64,000 nt of DNA from Terriglobales bacterium. GTDB taxonomy: Bacteria; Acidobacteriota; Terriglobia; Terriglobales; Acidobacteriaceae. The stretch lies in NCBI GenBank assembly GCA_035262225.1, contig DATFTE010000140.1:155-64154 (forward strand), given 5' to 3'. Both the position numbers and the translations under genes were made by a program. The stretch's first letter is position 1. Each line of letters opens with the position of its first letter. Below are positions 29,101-38,274 of this stretch, in pieces. The notes under the pieces were generated by a model. The model ran no database searches and was not told the origin of the DNA. It was given only the letters and a program-made list of their open reading frames with translations.

Positions 29101-29575
29101 GATCGAGCGTGACCGAGCCGATTGAATACGATCCCTCACCGTCGAACATCGGACTCCAGGTCGTGCCGTCGTTCGTAGTCTTCCACACCCCGCTCGACGC
29201 CGTGCCCACGTAGTACTCCGACTTGTTCTTCGGATTTACCGCAAAAGCAATCACACGCCCTGACGCCACCGAAGGGCCGATCAGGCGGAATTGCAGCCCG
29301 CTGAAGGTGTCAGCAGTCATGCCGCCTTTTTTCTCTTCTTCGCCGGGCTTGGCCGCCTCTTGCGCCGGTTTTTCCTTCTTCTTGTTGCCCTTGGCGACGG
29401 GAGGTTCCTGCTTCTTGCTCTCCGGCGGAACCGAAGGAGTGGTTTGCGACAGCAGAGAAACGCTACAAAGGAGCGCGAAAACGAGAGACAGGCGGCGAAA
29501 TGAGCGCAAGGTGGAACTCCTTGTCCAGAAAAATGTCCGAGAAACCTGGTGACGCACGAGGTTCGACGAAAACAA
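26129..29575 (-). CDS. sortilin/VPS10-type BNR (Asp-box) repeat protein, secreted
   Basis: 1148 aa. Signal-like LSLVFALLCSVSLLSQ. Many Asp-box motifs: TNDGTTW, SDDGGKSW, TTDGGKTW, STDAGATW, STDRGATW, SDNRGDTW, TTDGGASW, STDKGKTW. Confidence 0.85.
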   Translation of the reverse strand: MFSSNLVRHQVSRTFFWTRSSTLRSFRRLSLVFALLCSVSLLSQTTPSVPPESKKQEPPVAKGNKKKEKPAQEAAKPGEEEKKGGMTADTFSGLQFRLIGPSVASGRVIAFAVNPKNKSEYYVGTASSGVWKTTNDGTTWSPMFDGEGSYSIGSVTLDPNDPSVVWVGTGESNSQRSVGYGDGVYRSDDGGKSWKNMGLKKSEHIGRIVVDPRDSKVVYVAAEGPLWGPGGDRGLYKTTDGGKTWKTVLTISENTGVADVAIDPSNPDIVYAAAYQRQRHVFTLIDGGPESALYKSTDAGATWNKLKSGLPSEDLGRIGLAVSPVDPNVVYATAEAANKKGGVFRSTDRGATWEKRNDFDAGAMYYGQVIADPKNVDRIYLMNVSLRVSDDGGKTLHKINEVNHHGDNHAIWVDPENTKHLLLGSDGGVYESFDEFASWQFKANLPTVQFYDVAVDNAVPFYNVCGGTQDNFSWCGPSRTKNINGIMNSDWFVITGGDGFHAAVDPEDPNTVYGESQYGVLVRFDRRTGEQILIQPQEGKGEPPMRWNWDSPILVSPHSHTRIYFAANRLFRSDNRGDTWKAISSDLTRQIDRNQLPVMGKVWGPDAVAKNTSTSFYGNIVALTESPRQENLIYVGTDDGLIQVTTDGGASWTRYDKFPGVPEKTYVSRLAASHFDANTVYASFENHKNSDFKPYLLKSTDKGKTWTSIASNLPENGPVLAIAEDTVNPDLLFVGTEFGAFFSLDRGQKWIQLKGGLPTTAVRDMVIQARENDLVIATFGRGFYVFDNIAPLRQVKPETLLQEAALFPVKDPLLYIERLPLGIPRHGFEGDAFYAADNPPFGAIFTYYLKEKLKTRKEQRQEAEKEAAKKNETLPYPTHDQLRAEAEAPAPQVYFVVYDDSGAPIRRVEGSTSEGFHRTNWDLRYFAPSLPEREGGGEEEDFPSAGAMGPLVLPGKYSVKMFRNVEGTVTQVGTAQSFTVVADGASAVSPVDRTAQEAFNHKVSSLYRAVSGAISSANELEEHLKVMRKAIQDTPNSDALAAQADSIEKQNNGILRALRGDVAIAARSENVPPSINDRLQGIMEGERFSIARPTQTHVDGYNIASEEFSQQLSKLRTLMQVDVANLEKAMESAGAPWTPGRLPEWQEK

Positions 29576-29823
29576 TCGTCGCGGGTAAGCAATTCCGTGC
29601 GGGGACCTTTTTTTATACAGGATTCCGTCGCAATAGAGAAGAACGACGCCCGCGTAAGGCGAGCGCCCTCGTCCAACCGGCCCGGAAACGGGCTAATTCC
29701 GCCAATGGAGGATGGGGGGCCGCCTCCGTCCCGCACCGGATGGGCGATCCAATCCAGCGCGACTCGAAACGCCGGGTTCAGCGACGACAGCTATCCCCCC
29801 AGCACGATAAAATCTCCCCCGAC

Positions 29824-30291
29824 ATGCCTGCCAGGAAGGCCTCCGGCCACGAGACCCGCTACGTCCGCCTGCAGAAAAACTTCTGCTTTGCCTGCGGCCC
29901 ACACAACCCCGAGGGCATGCGGCTGAAATTCACCCACGACGAGGAACGCCACTGCTTCGTCTGCCGCTTCCGCCTGGGCAAGCGCTACACCGGCCCTCCC
30001 GGACACTGCCACGGCGGCATCATCGCCACCATCCTCGACGAGGCCATGGGCAAGGTGAACAAACTCCGTCACGTCGTTGCCCTCACCTCGCAGATCACGG
30101 TGGATTACCTGAAACCGGTTCCGCTCAATAAGCCTCTGCGCGTGGAATCGCGCGAAGTCGAAGTCACCGGACGCCGCCACATCAACATGGCCGAAATCCT
30201 CAACCAGAAAAACGAGGTTCTGGCCCGCAGCCAAGGCCTGTTCATCGCCATCGACCCCAAGAAGATGTTCGCCAGCTTTGTGGAGAAGTAG
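29824..30291 (+). CDS. PaaI-family hotdog-fold thioesterase
   Basis: ORF 29500..30291. Start taken at ATG 29824. CFACGPHNPEGMRLKF and GHCHGGIIATILDEAMG. Confidence 0.75.
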   Translation: MPARKASGHETRYVRLQKNFCFACGPHNPEGMRLKFTHDEERHCFVCRFRLGKRYTGPPGHCHGGIIATILDEAMGKVNKLRHVVALTSQITVDYLKPVPLNKPLRVESREVEVTGRRHINMAEILNQKNEVLARSQGLFIAIDPKKMFASFVEK

Positions 30292-30293
30292 TC

Positions 30294-32735
30294 CTAACGC
30301 TTGCTGATCGAAGTCTTGTCCGACAGGACCCACAGGTCCGGGTCCAACTCTACTTTCTGGGGCGCCTGCGGCAATCGGATGCTGACCGGCGTACGCGGAC
30401 CGAGGACGGCAACACTGCCCCGCGCCATCCCTCCTCCAGCTGTGTGCACCACCAGGGGCAGCACACTGAACCAGGTTTCTCCGTCCGGAAGCCCAGTTTG
30501 TGACAACTCCCCCTTCAATAAGACTCCGCCGCCCGCATCCGGCTCCAGGTGATAAGAAAGTTCATAGGACGGCAGATACGCCTGAGTCACCCACTGTCGG
30601 TAGAACCAGTTCAGGTCTTTGTACCCGTACTTCTTCGCCAGCGGGGTGTTCTGCACGTGTTCGCTCGCGACCGCGAAGAACTGTTCGGTGCTGGCTGATT
30701 TGCCTTTGTACCGCTCCACGAAGTCATGCATCATGTCGAAGAACGGGGTCCCATCCCCGGTCTGCGTGTCTGTAAACAGAAAGTGCAGCATCCGCAGCAC
30801 CAGCGCTCCCTTGTCGTAAACCAGAGCCTGATACGCTCCCCGCGTCTCTCGCCCTTCCACGCGATACCCCATCACCAGCGGGCCCACATCCGCTAGCCTG
30901 CCATGGCCGACACCGGTCAATGTGCCGGGAGGCGTCTTCAGTTCTTGCCGCGCCGTCTCGATCAACTGCCTTTCCGATGACGTCTTATCGCGCAACTGCG
31001 CGTAGAGCATCCCCGAGTACTGGGCGAATCCTTCGCTCAGCCACTGGTCCCGGTACGAGCGCCACTCGATCATATCCCCCCACCACTGGTGGGAAGTCTC
31101 GTGCGCAATAAAGGAATACGTGGAGTAGTTGGCGAGATCGGCGTTGGGAATCATGATGGTGGTGGGAAATCCCTGCCCGAAATCAAAGGGGCGATACACG
31201 CCCCGGAATATGGAATAGGGATAATTGCCGAACATCTGGCTGAAGAAGCGGACGCTGTTGTTCATCTCCGCCAGAATGAAATCCTCCTTGATGGCGGCGC
31301 GGTTCCCCGGCATCGAGTAGAATTCGATGGGCAATCGCTGATTGTTCACCATTGCCGCGTCGCGGTGAATCTCATACGGCCCGACGGCAAAGGAAGTAAA
31401 GCCGATGGGCTGCTCCATGCGAAATTCGGTGGCGATAGCGTCTTTCCCAGCCTCCGCCGGACCCTCGTGGACCAACTCGCCGATACTGACGACGCGATCG
31501 CCCTTGCGATGAATCATCGATACGTCAAACTGGGCGCGGCCCAGATAGCCGTGACGCGGGTACCAGGTTTCCGCGCTTCGCGGGAAGTAGGTGCCCGCCA
31601 CCGCCTCCGACTCCATCATGAAGTCGCCCTTCAGATCGAGGTTAAGCGCCAGATGCTCGCCCGCGGAGGCCGCCTGAGGCAGGACGATGCTGAACCCGCC
31701 CTCCCACGGCTCCTGGAAGAAAGGCAACTCCGTCCCGTCCGCCAGATGAGCACCCAGGACGTGAAGCTGCTTCTTGCGGCGCTCGGCGTAGTCCCGGCTC
31801 AGACCCTCGCCCACGGCAAACGGGATCACTCGGACTCCGTTCTTCCGGCAAACGACATCTATCTTGGCATTCAGGCCCAGCACTTTCTTTGGTTCCATGA
31901 GGTCCAAAGTCAGCCCGTATCGCTTCGTATCCACCAAGTTGTACGTGTCGGAATATGCGGCAATTCCGGCTGCGTATTCCTGTTCGGAATTAAAAGCCAT
32001 CCACACGTCATTCCCATAAAGGGTTTCGTCGTAGGCAAAGATGAGTCCCACCTCTCCTGCATCGATACCGAAGGCGTCGGCGGGAATACGTGCCTGCGGA
32101 TCAAACAGGTAAGTGAAGCGTCCCAGTTTGCCTCCGTTCACCTGGGCCAGGAAGAATCCCGCCGTCTCTCCGTTCAAAATGGACTGCAGCTGTCGTGCCG
32201 AGACATTCATCCCGGCCTCTTTCAGAAGGCGCGGCTCCAGTTCCACCCCCAGGCGGCTGGCCTGCTCCGAGCCGCATTGCGCCTGGCGAAAGCCGGCCTT
32301 GATCAGCTCGCCGGCGGTATCGTCGGTGAAGCGCAGCACGGCAGTCTTGAAGTCGGATGACACTTCGTCGGCTTTCAGCATGCGGCGAACGTGATCGCGT
32401 TCGAAATCGACTGCCGGGGGTGCGGCTTGCAGACGCCCCTCGCCCACAAAAACCGCGGCCCGAACATTGCCCGCGACCGCCGGTGAGAAATACACCATGC
32501 CGCGGAAAAAGGTGAGAGTTACTCGATCCCGCTTGAGAACCGCATTCTCCGCCTGGACGCACTTATCGATCGCGGCGACATTTTGTAATTGTTGATAAAC
32601 CGCGGCCGGAGACTCCGGCGTCGCCTGGGCCAGCAGGCTTTGGAGGGATGCAACCAGGCAGAAAACAAGCAGGGTACCGCGAACGACCGACGAATGTGGG
32701 CGCAAGTGAAGGTCCTTGGGGCCTAAGTTCGCCAT
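30294..32735 (-). CDS. M1-family zinc metallopeptidase (aminopeptidase N-like), secreted
   Basis: 813 aa. Signal peptide. HETSHQWWG followed 18 residues later by WLSEGFAQY (HExxH-x18-E). Confidence 0.85.
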   Translation of the reverse strand: MANLGPKDLHLRPHSSVVRGTLLVFCLVASLQSLLAQATPESPAAVYQQLQNVAAIDKCVQAENAVLKRDRVTLTFFRGMVYFSPAVAGNVRAAVFVGEGRLQAAPPAVDFERDHVRRMLKADEVSSDFKTAVLRFTDDTAGELIKAGFRQAQCGSEQASRLGVELEPRLLKEAGMNVSARQLQSILNGETAGFFLAQVNGGKLGRFTYLFDPQARIPADAFGIDAGEVGLIFAYDETLYGNDVWMAFNSEQEYAAGIAAYSDTYNLVDTKRYGLTLDLMEPKKVLGLNAKIDVVCRKNGVRVIPFAVGEGLSRDYAERRKKQLHVLGAHLADGTELPFFQEPWEGGFSIVLPQAASAGEHLALNLDLKGDFMMESEAVAGTYFPRSAETWYPRHGYLGRAQFDVSMIHRKGDRVVSIGELVHEGPAEAGKDAIATEFRMEQPIGFTSFAVGPYEIHRDAAMVNNQRLPIEFYSMPGNRAAIKEDFILAEMNNSVRFFSQMFGNYPYSIFRGVYRPFDFGQGFPTTIMIPNADLANYSTYSFIAHETSHQWWGDMIEWRSYRDQWLSEGFAQYSGMLYAQLRDKTSSERQLIETARQELKTPPGTLTGVGHGRLADVGPLVMGYRVEGRETRGAYQALVYDKGALVLRMLHFLFTDTQTGDGTPFFDMMHDFVERYKGKSASTEQFFAVASEHVQNTPLAKKYGYKDLNWFYRQWVTQAYLPSYELSYHLEPDAGGGVLLKGELSQTGLPDGETWFSVLPLVVHTAGGGMARGSVAVLGPRTPVSIRLPQAPQKVELDPDLWVLSDKTSISKR

Positions 32736-32827
32736 CTCCGAGAGATGGCGTAAATTAGCCTTACAAGCGGTGCCTCTAATTCCCCGCGTAAAGCCACTAA
32801 CAGCATAGACGACCCGTCAAGATGCAC

Positions 32828-34300
32828 CTACACGGTTCCGAGAGCCCTGGCCAGCTCAGCTGCTCCCCGCCGAATTTCCCGCTCATCCACCGCCGCAAAG
32901 CCCAGCACCAGGCCGTTGACCGGCGAGCGCCCGTAGGCGTACCGGCTCAGCGGAAGCACATCGACGTCGTGCCTGGCTGCCGCGCGCGCCGCGCCCTCCG
33001 CGCGTATGCCTCGCCTCAGCCACGCCACCGTACGCAGCCCAGCTTCCACGGGAGGAATGGTCACGAGCCCGTCCAGTTCCGCATGCGCGCACTCCAGCAA
33101 CACCCCGAGCCTCTCGGCATAGAGCTCCCGCATGCGGCGCACGTGGCGCGCAAAGTGTCCTTCGCTGATGAAGTCGCACAGAATCGCCTGCTCAATCAGC
33201 GGCGGATGATGCGTACTCACTGACTCGGCAGCGGCAAATTTATCCACCATCGCCTCCGGCACCACCACATACCCCAACCGCAGCCCGGGAAACAGCGCGT
33301 CGCTGAAGCTGCCCGCGAAAATCACCAGCCCCGCCGGATCGAGGCCCTGCAGCGCGGGAATCGGACGCCCCGCGTAACGATACTCCGAATCGTAGTCGTC
33401 CTCGAAGATCACCGCGCCGGCGCGCCTTGCCCACGCCAGCAGCGCCAACCGCCGCGCCAGGCTCATGGTGACTCCGAGAGGGAACTGGTGCGCGGGCGTC
33501 ACATAGACCAGCCGCGGCCGATCCCAGCGGCGCCGCCCTTCTTCCAGATTCACCCCATCGATATCGACCGGCACCCGGCAGATCCTCGCCCCCATCGCCT
33601 CGAACACATGGCCCGCCCCGGGATAACCGGGATCCTCCATCCATACCGCATCGCCCGGATTGAGCAGCAGGTGGGCGGCCCGGTCGAGTGCCTGCTGCAC
33701 GCCGGAAATAATCAGCACCTGCTCGGCCGTGCACTTTACCCCGCGCGAAGTGTTCAGATACTCCGCCACAGCCTCGCGCAAAGGACGATACCCCAGCGCT
33801 TCGCCCCCGCCCAGCAACTGCACCGAGGTCCGCCGCAAACGCCGCGCCGCCACCTGCGCCCACAAACTGACGGGAAAGGCGTCGAGTGCCGGATAGCTGG
33901 CGCGAAACGCGCGCACCGGACGAAACGGGTTGCGCGCAAACCCCGGCAGGCGCCGCGCATATTCGGAAAAGCGAATCTTGCGCGTCTTTCCCTTCACCGC
34001 CGATTTCGCGCTCGGCACCTGCAGCAGCGCATCGGGCAGCGTCTCGCTCACGTAAGTCCCTGAGCCCACCCTGCCTTCCACGTATCCCTCCGACCGCAAT
34101 TGCTCAAACGCGGTCACGATCGTGGGACGCGACAGCCCGTACTGCGCCGCCAGGTCGCGCGTGGCCGGCAGGCGAGCCCCCGAAGGCAGGCGTCCGGCGA
34201 GAATCGCACGCCGCAGCTCCTCGTAGAACCAGCGGTAAAGCGGCACGGCCGGCGGCGGTTCCGGCAAATTCAGGGGCAGCGTGCTCGACTGCTTCGCCAT
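32828..34300 (-). CDS. pdxR: MocR-type GntR-family regulator with aminotransferase-like domain
   Basis: N-terminal wHTH (LPATRDLAAQYGLSRPTIVTAFEQLRSEGYV) plus a fold-type-I aminotransferase-like domain. Divergently adjacent to pdxS. Confidence 0.8.
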   Translation of the reverse strand: MAKQSSTLPLNLPEPPPAVPLYRWFYEELRRAILAGRLPSGARLPATRDLAAQYGLSRPTIVTAFEQLRSEGYVEGRVGSGTYVSETLPDALLQVPSAKSAVKGKTRKIRFSEYARRLPGFARNPFRPVRAFRASYPALDAFPVSLWAQVAARRLRRTSVQLLGGGEALGYRPLREAVAEYLNTSRGVKCTAEQVLIISGVQQALDRAAHLLLNPGDAVWMEDPGYPGAGHVFEAMGARICRVPVDIDGVNLEEGRRRWDRPRLVYVTPAHQFPLGVTMSLARRLALLAWARRAGAVIFEDDYDSEYRYAGRPIPALQGLDPAGLVIFAGSFSDALFPGLRLGYVVVPEAMVDKFAAAESVSTHHPPLIEQAILCDFISEGHFARHVRRMRELYAERLGVLLECAHAELDGLVTIPPVEAGLRTVAWLRRGIRAEGAARAAARHDVDVLPLSRYAYGRSPVNGLVLGFAAVDEREIRRGAAELARALGTV

Positions 34301-34348
34301 AAATGGTATGGTAAGAATAGACTAAATGGACATTTCGAGCTAGCCATT
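34301..34348. promoter_or_regulatory. candidate PdxR operator (two direct AAATGG repeats and one inverted AATGG)
   Basis: AAATGG at 34301-34306 and 34324-34329, 23 bp apart. CCATT at 34344-34348. All lie in the 92-bp pdxR/pdxS divergent region. The direct-plus-inverted arrangement resembles other MocR operators. Confidence 0.4.
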
Positions 34349-34392
34349 AGAACAGGCATACTAAAACCAGTTGTTCCCGGAAAAGAGGACTT

Positions 34393-35379
34393 ATGTCGAA
34401 GAGTAACGGAAAGCGTGCGCTGGCTAAGCAGCCGAAAAACGGAGTGCGCCGGGAATCCGCCCGGCAACGCCCCGCAGATACTACCAGCCTGCGCCTGAAA
34501 ACCGGCCTCGCAGAGATGCTCAAAGGCGGAGTCATCATGGATGTCACCGACGCCCGCCAGGCGGAAATTGCCGAAAGAGCCGGCGCGGTGGCCGTCATGG
34601 CGCTCGAACGGGTGCCCGCGCAGATCCGCGCCGAGGGCGGCGTCGCCCGCATGGCTTCTCCGAAGAAGATTCGCGAGATCATGGCCGCCGTCTCCATCCC
34701 GGTAATGGCCAAGTGCCGCATCGGTCACTTCGCCGAGGCCCAGATTCTCCAGGAACTCGGCGTCGACTACATCGATGAGTCCGAAGTCCTCACCCCTGCC
34801 GACGAGGCCCACCACGTGGACAAACACGCTTTCACGGTACCGTTTGTCTGCGGCGCGCGTAACCTGGGCGAAGCCCTGCGCCGCATCGCGGAAGGCGCAG
34901 CCATGATCCGCACCAAGGGAGAAGCCGGCACTGGCGACGTCGTCCACGCCGTCAAGCACATCCGGCAGATCGTGCAGGAGATGAAGATCCTGACCGTGCT
35001 TAGCGAAGAAGAGCTCTATGCGAGGGCGAAAGAACACGGCGCGCCTTATGAACTGATCCGCATTGTCGCCGAGGCAGGGAAGCTGCCGGTGCCAAACTTT
35101 TCCGCCGGAGGCATCGCCACTCCCGCCGACGCTTCGCTGGTCATGCAACTCGGAGCCGAGGCTGTCTTTGTGGGCTCGGGCATCTTCATGAAGAACTCGA
35201 CCGAATTCGCCGATCCCCGGGAAGCCGAGAAGCGCGCCCGCGCCATAGTAAAGGCTGCGACCCACTTCAACGATCCTAAAGTGTTGCTTGAAGTCAGCGA
35301 AGACCTGACTGGCGCCATGAAAGGCCTCGCCGTTTCGGGGCTCGACCAAGCCCACATGCTGCAGACGAGGGGATGGTAG
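34393..35379 (+). CDS. pdxS: pyridoxal 5'-phosphate synthase lyase subunit
   Basis: [42 protein letters not shown]. The roughly 35-aa basic N-terminal extension may be an upstream mis-start. Confidence 0.95.
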   Translation: MSKSNGKRALAKQPKNGVRRESARQRPADTTSLRLKTGLAEMLKGGVIMDVTDARQAEIAERAGAVAVMALERVPAQIRAEGGVARMASPKKIREIMAAVSIPVMAKCRIGHFAEAQILQELGVDYIDESEVLTPADEAHHVDKHAFTVPFVCGARNLGEALRRIAEGAAMIRTKGEAGTGDVVHAVKHIRQIVQEMKILTVLSEEELYARAKEHGAPYELIRIVAEAGKLPVPNFSAGGIATPADASLVMQLGAEAVFVGSGIFMKNSTEFADPREAEKRARAIVKAATHFNDPKVLLEVSEDLTGAMKGLAVSGLDQAHMLQTRGW

Positions 35380-35398
35380 AAAGCCACGGAGCGGCCCT

Positions 35399-35965
35399 AT
35401 GACCATCGGTGTCCTGGCCCTGCAGGGCGATTTCGACGCGCACCGCCGCCGCCTGGAAGCTCTTGGCGCTACCGTTGTGCTGGTCAAAAAGCCCGAACAG
35501 TTGGACCAGATTGACGGGCTGGTTATCCCCGGCGGCGAGTCAAGCACGTTTCTCAAGCTGCTTGGTACAGAGGGATTCGAGAAGCTCAAGCAGTTCGTGC
35601 GCCTGAAGCCCACCTTCGGCACCTGCGCCGGAGCCATCCTGCTGGCCCGCGAAGTGGAAAACCCGAAGCAGGCGGGACTCGGCGCGCTCGACATCTCGAT
35701 CCGCCGCAACGCCTATGGACGCCAGCTTGACAGCTCCATCCGCGAAGGCCGGTTGGGCAACTCGCCGATCGAGATGGTCTTCATCCGCGCCCCGAAAATT
35801 GAGCACGTCGGCCCGGCCGTCGAAGTCATTGCCACCGAGGGCCGCGATCCCGTCGCGGTCCGCCAGGGAAAGACTATGGCCGCCACGTTCCACCCCGAGT
35901 TATCGGAGGATACTCGCATTCATCAAGCGTTCCTCGAACTGGTAACTGGCAGCAACGGCCACTAA
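35399..35965 (+). CDS. pdxT: pyridoxal 5'-phosphate synthase glutaminase subunit
   Basis: 188 aa. GVLALQGDF, IPGGESS, FGTCAGAILLA, TFHPE. Confidence 0.93.
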   Translation: MTIGVLALQGDFDAHRRRLEALGATVVLVKKPEQLDQIDGLVIPGGESSTFLKLLGTEGFEKLKQFVRLKPTFGTCAGAILLAREVENPKQAGLGALDISIRRNAYGRQLDSSIREGRLGNSPIEMVFIRAPKIEHVGPAVEVIATEGRDPVAVRQGKTMAATFHPELSEDTRIHQAFLELVTGSNGH

Positions 35966-36252
35966 GTCGGAATCTTCGATGCTGAGCCAGCAACGTGCCC
36001 ATCCGGCCTGCACCGTATTTTCGGCAGGTTTAACAGCAGCTCACTGCATCAAGAGGGTTCGGCTGGCGTGATGCGTTACGGGGACCCAAACGCTCGTCTG
36101 CTGGATCCTATCGAGAAGTGGATCAAAGGGAATGTCATGAAGGGGAAATTCGTCCCGCTGCCCGAAGGAAAGGCGACGGGGTGCGCATCCTCCCACTCAT
36201 AGTGATGTCGCAACCTCAAGAATTCGCTCCCTTGCGCCTCTGAAAATTTCTC

Positions 36253-36315
36253 TTGACAATGCTCATTCCGTAACCATACAGTTACATATTATGCGGAACC
36301 GTTCGGTTACATATT
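36253..36315 (+). promoter_or_regulatory. candidate promoter/operator of the ArsR-SRPBCC operon
   Basis: TTGACA at 36253-36258. Inverted repeat GTAAC-N6-GTTAC at 36270-36285 overlaps the -10 region. The 10-mer GTTACATATT occurs twice (36281-36290 and 36306-36315), flanking the ATG at 36291. Confidence 0.45.
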
Positions 36316-36668
36316 CGGCCGAGGCCACCTTTCACGCCCTCTCCGATCCCACTCGCCGTGCCGTGCTCGACCTGTTGCGCACAGGCAGCCAGCCGGCAGG
36401 ACACATCGCCCAGTCGTTCCCCGTATCACGACCGGCCATCTCCAAGCACCTCCGCTTGCTGCGCCGTGCGCACTTGGTCGAGGAGCGCCGCGAAGGAAGG
36501 CACCGCTTGTACAGTCTGAATCCGGAACCGTTGAAGGCTGTCGATTCCTGGCTGGACCAATACCGCGTGTTCTGGCAGCGCAACCTGGCCAACCTGAAGG
36601 CGTTTGTCGAATCGGAATACGCCAAGGAGATCGCGGAAGGTAGACGATCCCGCAAGGACGAGTCATAG
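36291..36668 (+). CDS. ArsR/SmtB-family transcriptional regulator
   Basis: ALSDPTRRAVLDLL...HIAQSFPVSRPAISKHLRLLRRAHLVEERREGRHRLYSL. Confidence 0.9.
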   Translation: MRNRSVTYSAEATFHALSDPTRRAVLDLLRTGSQPAGHIAQSFPVSRPAISKHLRLLRRAHLVEERREGRHRLYSLNPEPLKAVDSWLDQYRVFWQRNLANLKAFVESEYAKEIAEGRRSRKDES

Positions 36669-36700
36669 AAGCAGTGGCAGTCAAATTTGAGGAGACGAAA

Positions 36701-37183
36701 ATGAAAACTCTTCGCAACGTCTTTTGCTTGGTGTTGATGCTCACCGCCGCGGCCGCCTTCGCGCAGTCCGACGGGCAGAGAGCCTTCGACAAGTTGAAGT
36801 CCATGGCCGGAACCTGGGAAGGGAAGATGGGAGACGAACCGGTCACCGTCAACTACCGGGTCGTCTCGCAGGGCACCGCCGTCATGGCCGATGCCACCCA
36901 CGCGTCCATGGTCACGATGTACACGGTGGACGGCAGCCGCCTGCTGATGACCCACTTCTGTGCCTCCGGCAACCAGCCTCGCATGGCCGCCAGCCTCTCG
37001 CCCGACGGGAAGACCATGGAATTTAACTTCGTCGATGCCACCAACCTGGCCAGCCCGCAGGCCGGGCACATCCACCATGCCGTCTTCACCTTCGCCGACG
37101 CCAACCACTACAGCGAGGAGTGGACATGGATGGAGGGTGGACAGAGCAAGGTCGCGCACTTCGATCTGCATCGCAAGAACTGA
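36701..37183 (+). CDS. secreted protein of unknown function (paralog of 51053..51568)
   Basis: ATG 36701 with a GGAGA RBS. Signal peptide MKTLRNVFCLVLMLTAAAAFAQ. Shares GTWEGK, MYTVDG and HFCASGNQPRMAA with the 51053..51568 product. Confidence 0.7.
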   Translation: MKTLRNVFCLVLMLTAAAAFAQSDGQRAFDKLKSMAGTWEGKMGDEPVTVNYRVVSQGTAVMADATHASMVTMYTVDGSRLLMTHFCASGNQPRMAASLSPDGKTMEFNFVDATNLASPQAGHIHHAVFTFADANHYSEEWTWMEGGQSKVAHFDLHRKN

Positions 37184-37219
37184 AGCCGTCCGCACGCCCG
37201 GGGTGGAGGGAGATGATCC

Positions 37220-37705
37220 ATGACAGAATCGGCAAGCATGCAAGTGACGACCGACGAAATTCTCGCCGAAATTCACATTGCCGCCGCTCCCGAGCGCGTG
37301 TTTCAGGCGCTGGTGGATCCGGCGCAGGTCGTCAATTGGTGGGGACAAGGGAATCTTTACCGCTGCACCGAGTTCACCTGCGATCTTCGCCCCAGCGGAA
37401 GCTGGCACTGTGTGGGCCTGCGCCCGGACGGAAGTATCTTCGAGGTAAAGGGCCAGTACCTGGAATTCGACCCGCCGCGCCTTCTGGTGCACACCTGGAT
37501 CGCGAGCTGGACCAAGGCGGCGAAGACCACCGTGCGCTGGGAATTGGAACCGACCCAGGGTGGAACGCTGCTTCGCCTTCGCCACGTCGGATTGTCGGCC
37601 TATCCGGAACTGGCGGAAAGCTATCAGGGTTGGCCGCGGATGCTGGGGTGGATCCAGGCCCTGCTGGAACGCGGCGAAACCGTCGCAACCCGCAAGGCCT
37701 CCTAA
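37220..37705 (+). CDS. SRPBCC-superfamily protein (AHSA1/START-like)
   Basis: ILAEIHIAAAPERVFQALVDP...W....F and PPRLLVHTW...TTVRWELEP. This is the usual partner of ArsR regulators. Confidence 0.8.
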   Translation: MTESASMQVTTDEILAEIHIAAAPERVFQALVDPAQVVNWWGQGNLYRCTEFTCDLRPSGSWHCVGLRPDGSIFEVKGQYLEFDPPRLLVHTWIASWTKAAKTTVRWELEPTQGGTLLRLRHVGLSAYPELAESYQGWPRMLGWIQALLERGETVATRKAS

Positions 37706-37758
37706 GTTCTCGGACCGGGCTCTGACGGAAACAATCTCGTTTGACAGGAGACCTGAAT

Positions 37759-38274
37759 ATGGCCACTGCCGCAATCACACCGGATCAGGACACAGTCGTC
37801 GCGGAAATCTTCATCGCGGCGCCGCCGGAGCGCGTTTTTCAGGCGATCACCGATCCCAAGCAGATGCCTCTCTGGTGGGGACAGAAGGATATGTACCGCA
37901 TCACCGAATGGTCGGCCGACCTGCGCGTAGGCGGCAGATGGTCGAGCCACGGCGTCGGCAAGGACGGCACGCCCTTCCGCGTGGAAGGCGAATACGTGGA
38001 AATCGATCCGCCGCGCCTGCTGGTGCACACTTGGCTGCCCGACTGGCATCATCCGCTGCATACCCTGGTGCGCTGGGAACTGGAGCCGCGAGACGTGCAC
38101 GGCTTGCAGCCTAGCGGGCCGCGACGGGCAGGAACCGGGACCGTCGTGAAGGTCCGGCAATCGGGCTTTGCAGGTGCGCCGCAGGCTGCCGAAGGCCATC
38201 GCCAGGGCTGGGTGCGGGTTCTCGAATGGGCGCAGGCCTACCTGGAAGAAGGGAAGACAGTGGACTCGCGCTGA
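37759..38274 (+). CDS. SRPBCC-superfamily protein (AHSA1/START-like), second copy
   Basis: ATG 37759 with an AGGAGA RBS. VVAEIFIAAPPERVFQAITDP and PPRLLVHTW...LVRWELEP. Confidence 0.8.
   Translation: MATAAITPDQDTVVAEIFIAAPPERVFQAITDPKQMPLWWGQKDMYRITEWSADLRVGGRWSSHGVGKDGTPFRVEGEYVEIDPPRLLVHTWLPDWHHPLHTLVRWELEPRDVHGLQPSGPRRAGTGTVVKVRQSGFAGAPQAAEGHRQGWVRVLEWAQAYLEEGKTVDSR

Noticed and set aside
29500-29823. 108-aa N-terminal extension of the thioesterase ORF
   Set aside because: PaaI-type thioesterases are about 150 aa. The extension is Arg-rich and overlaps the divergent BNR gene start.
34270-35709. 479-aa minus-strand ORF
   Set aside because: It is antisense to pdxS/pdxT, which carry diagnostic motifs. 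It has no recognisable domain.
36332-37774. 480-aa minus-strand ORF
   Set aside because: It is antisense to the ArsR, secreted-protein and SRPBCC genes. The composition is low-complexity.
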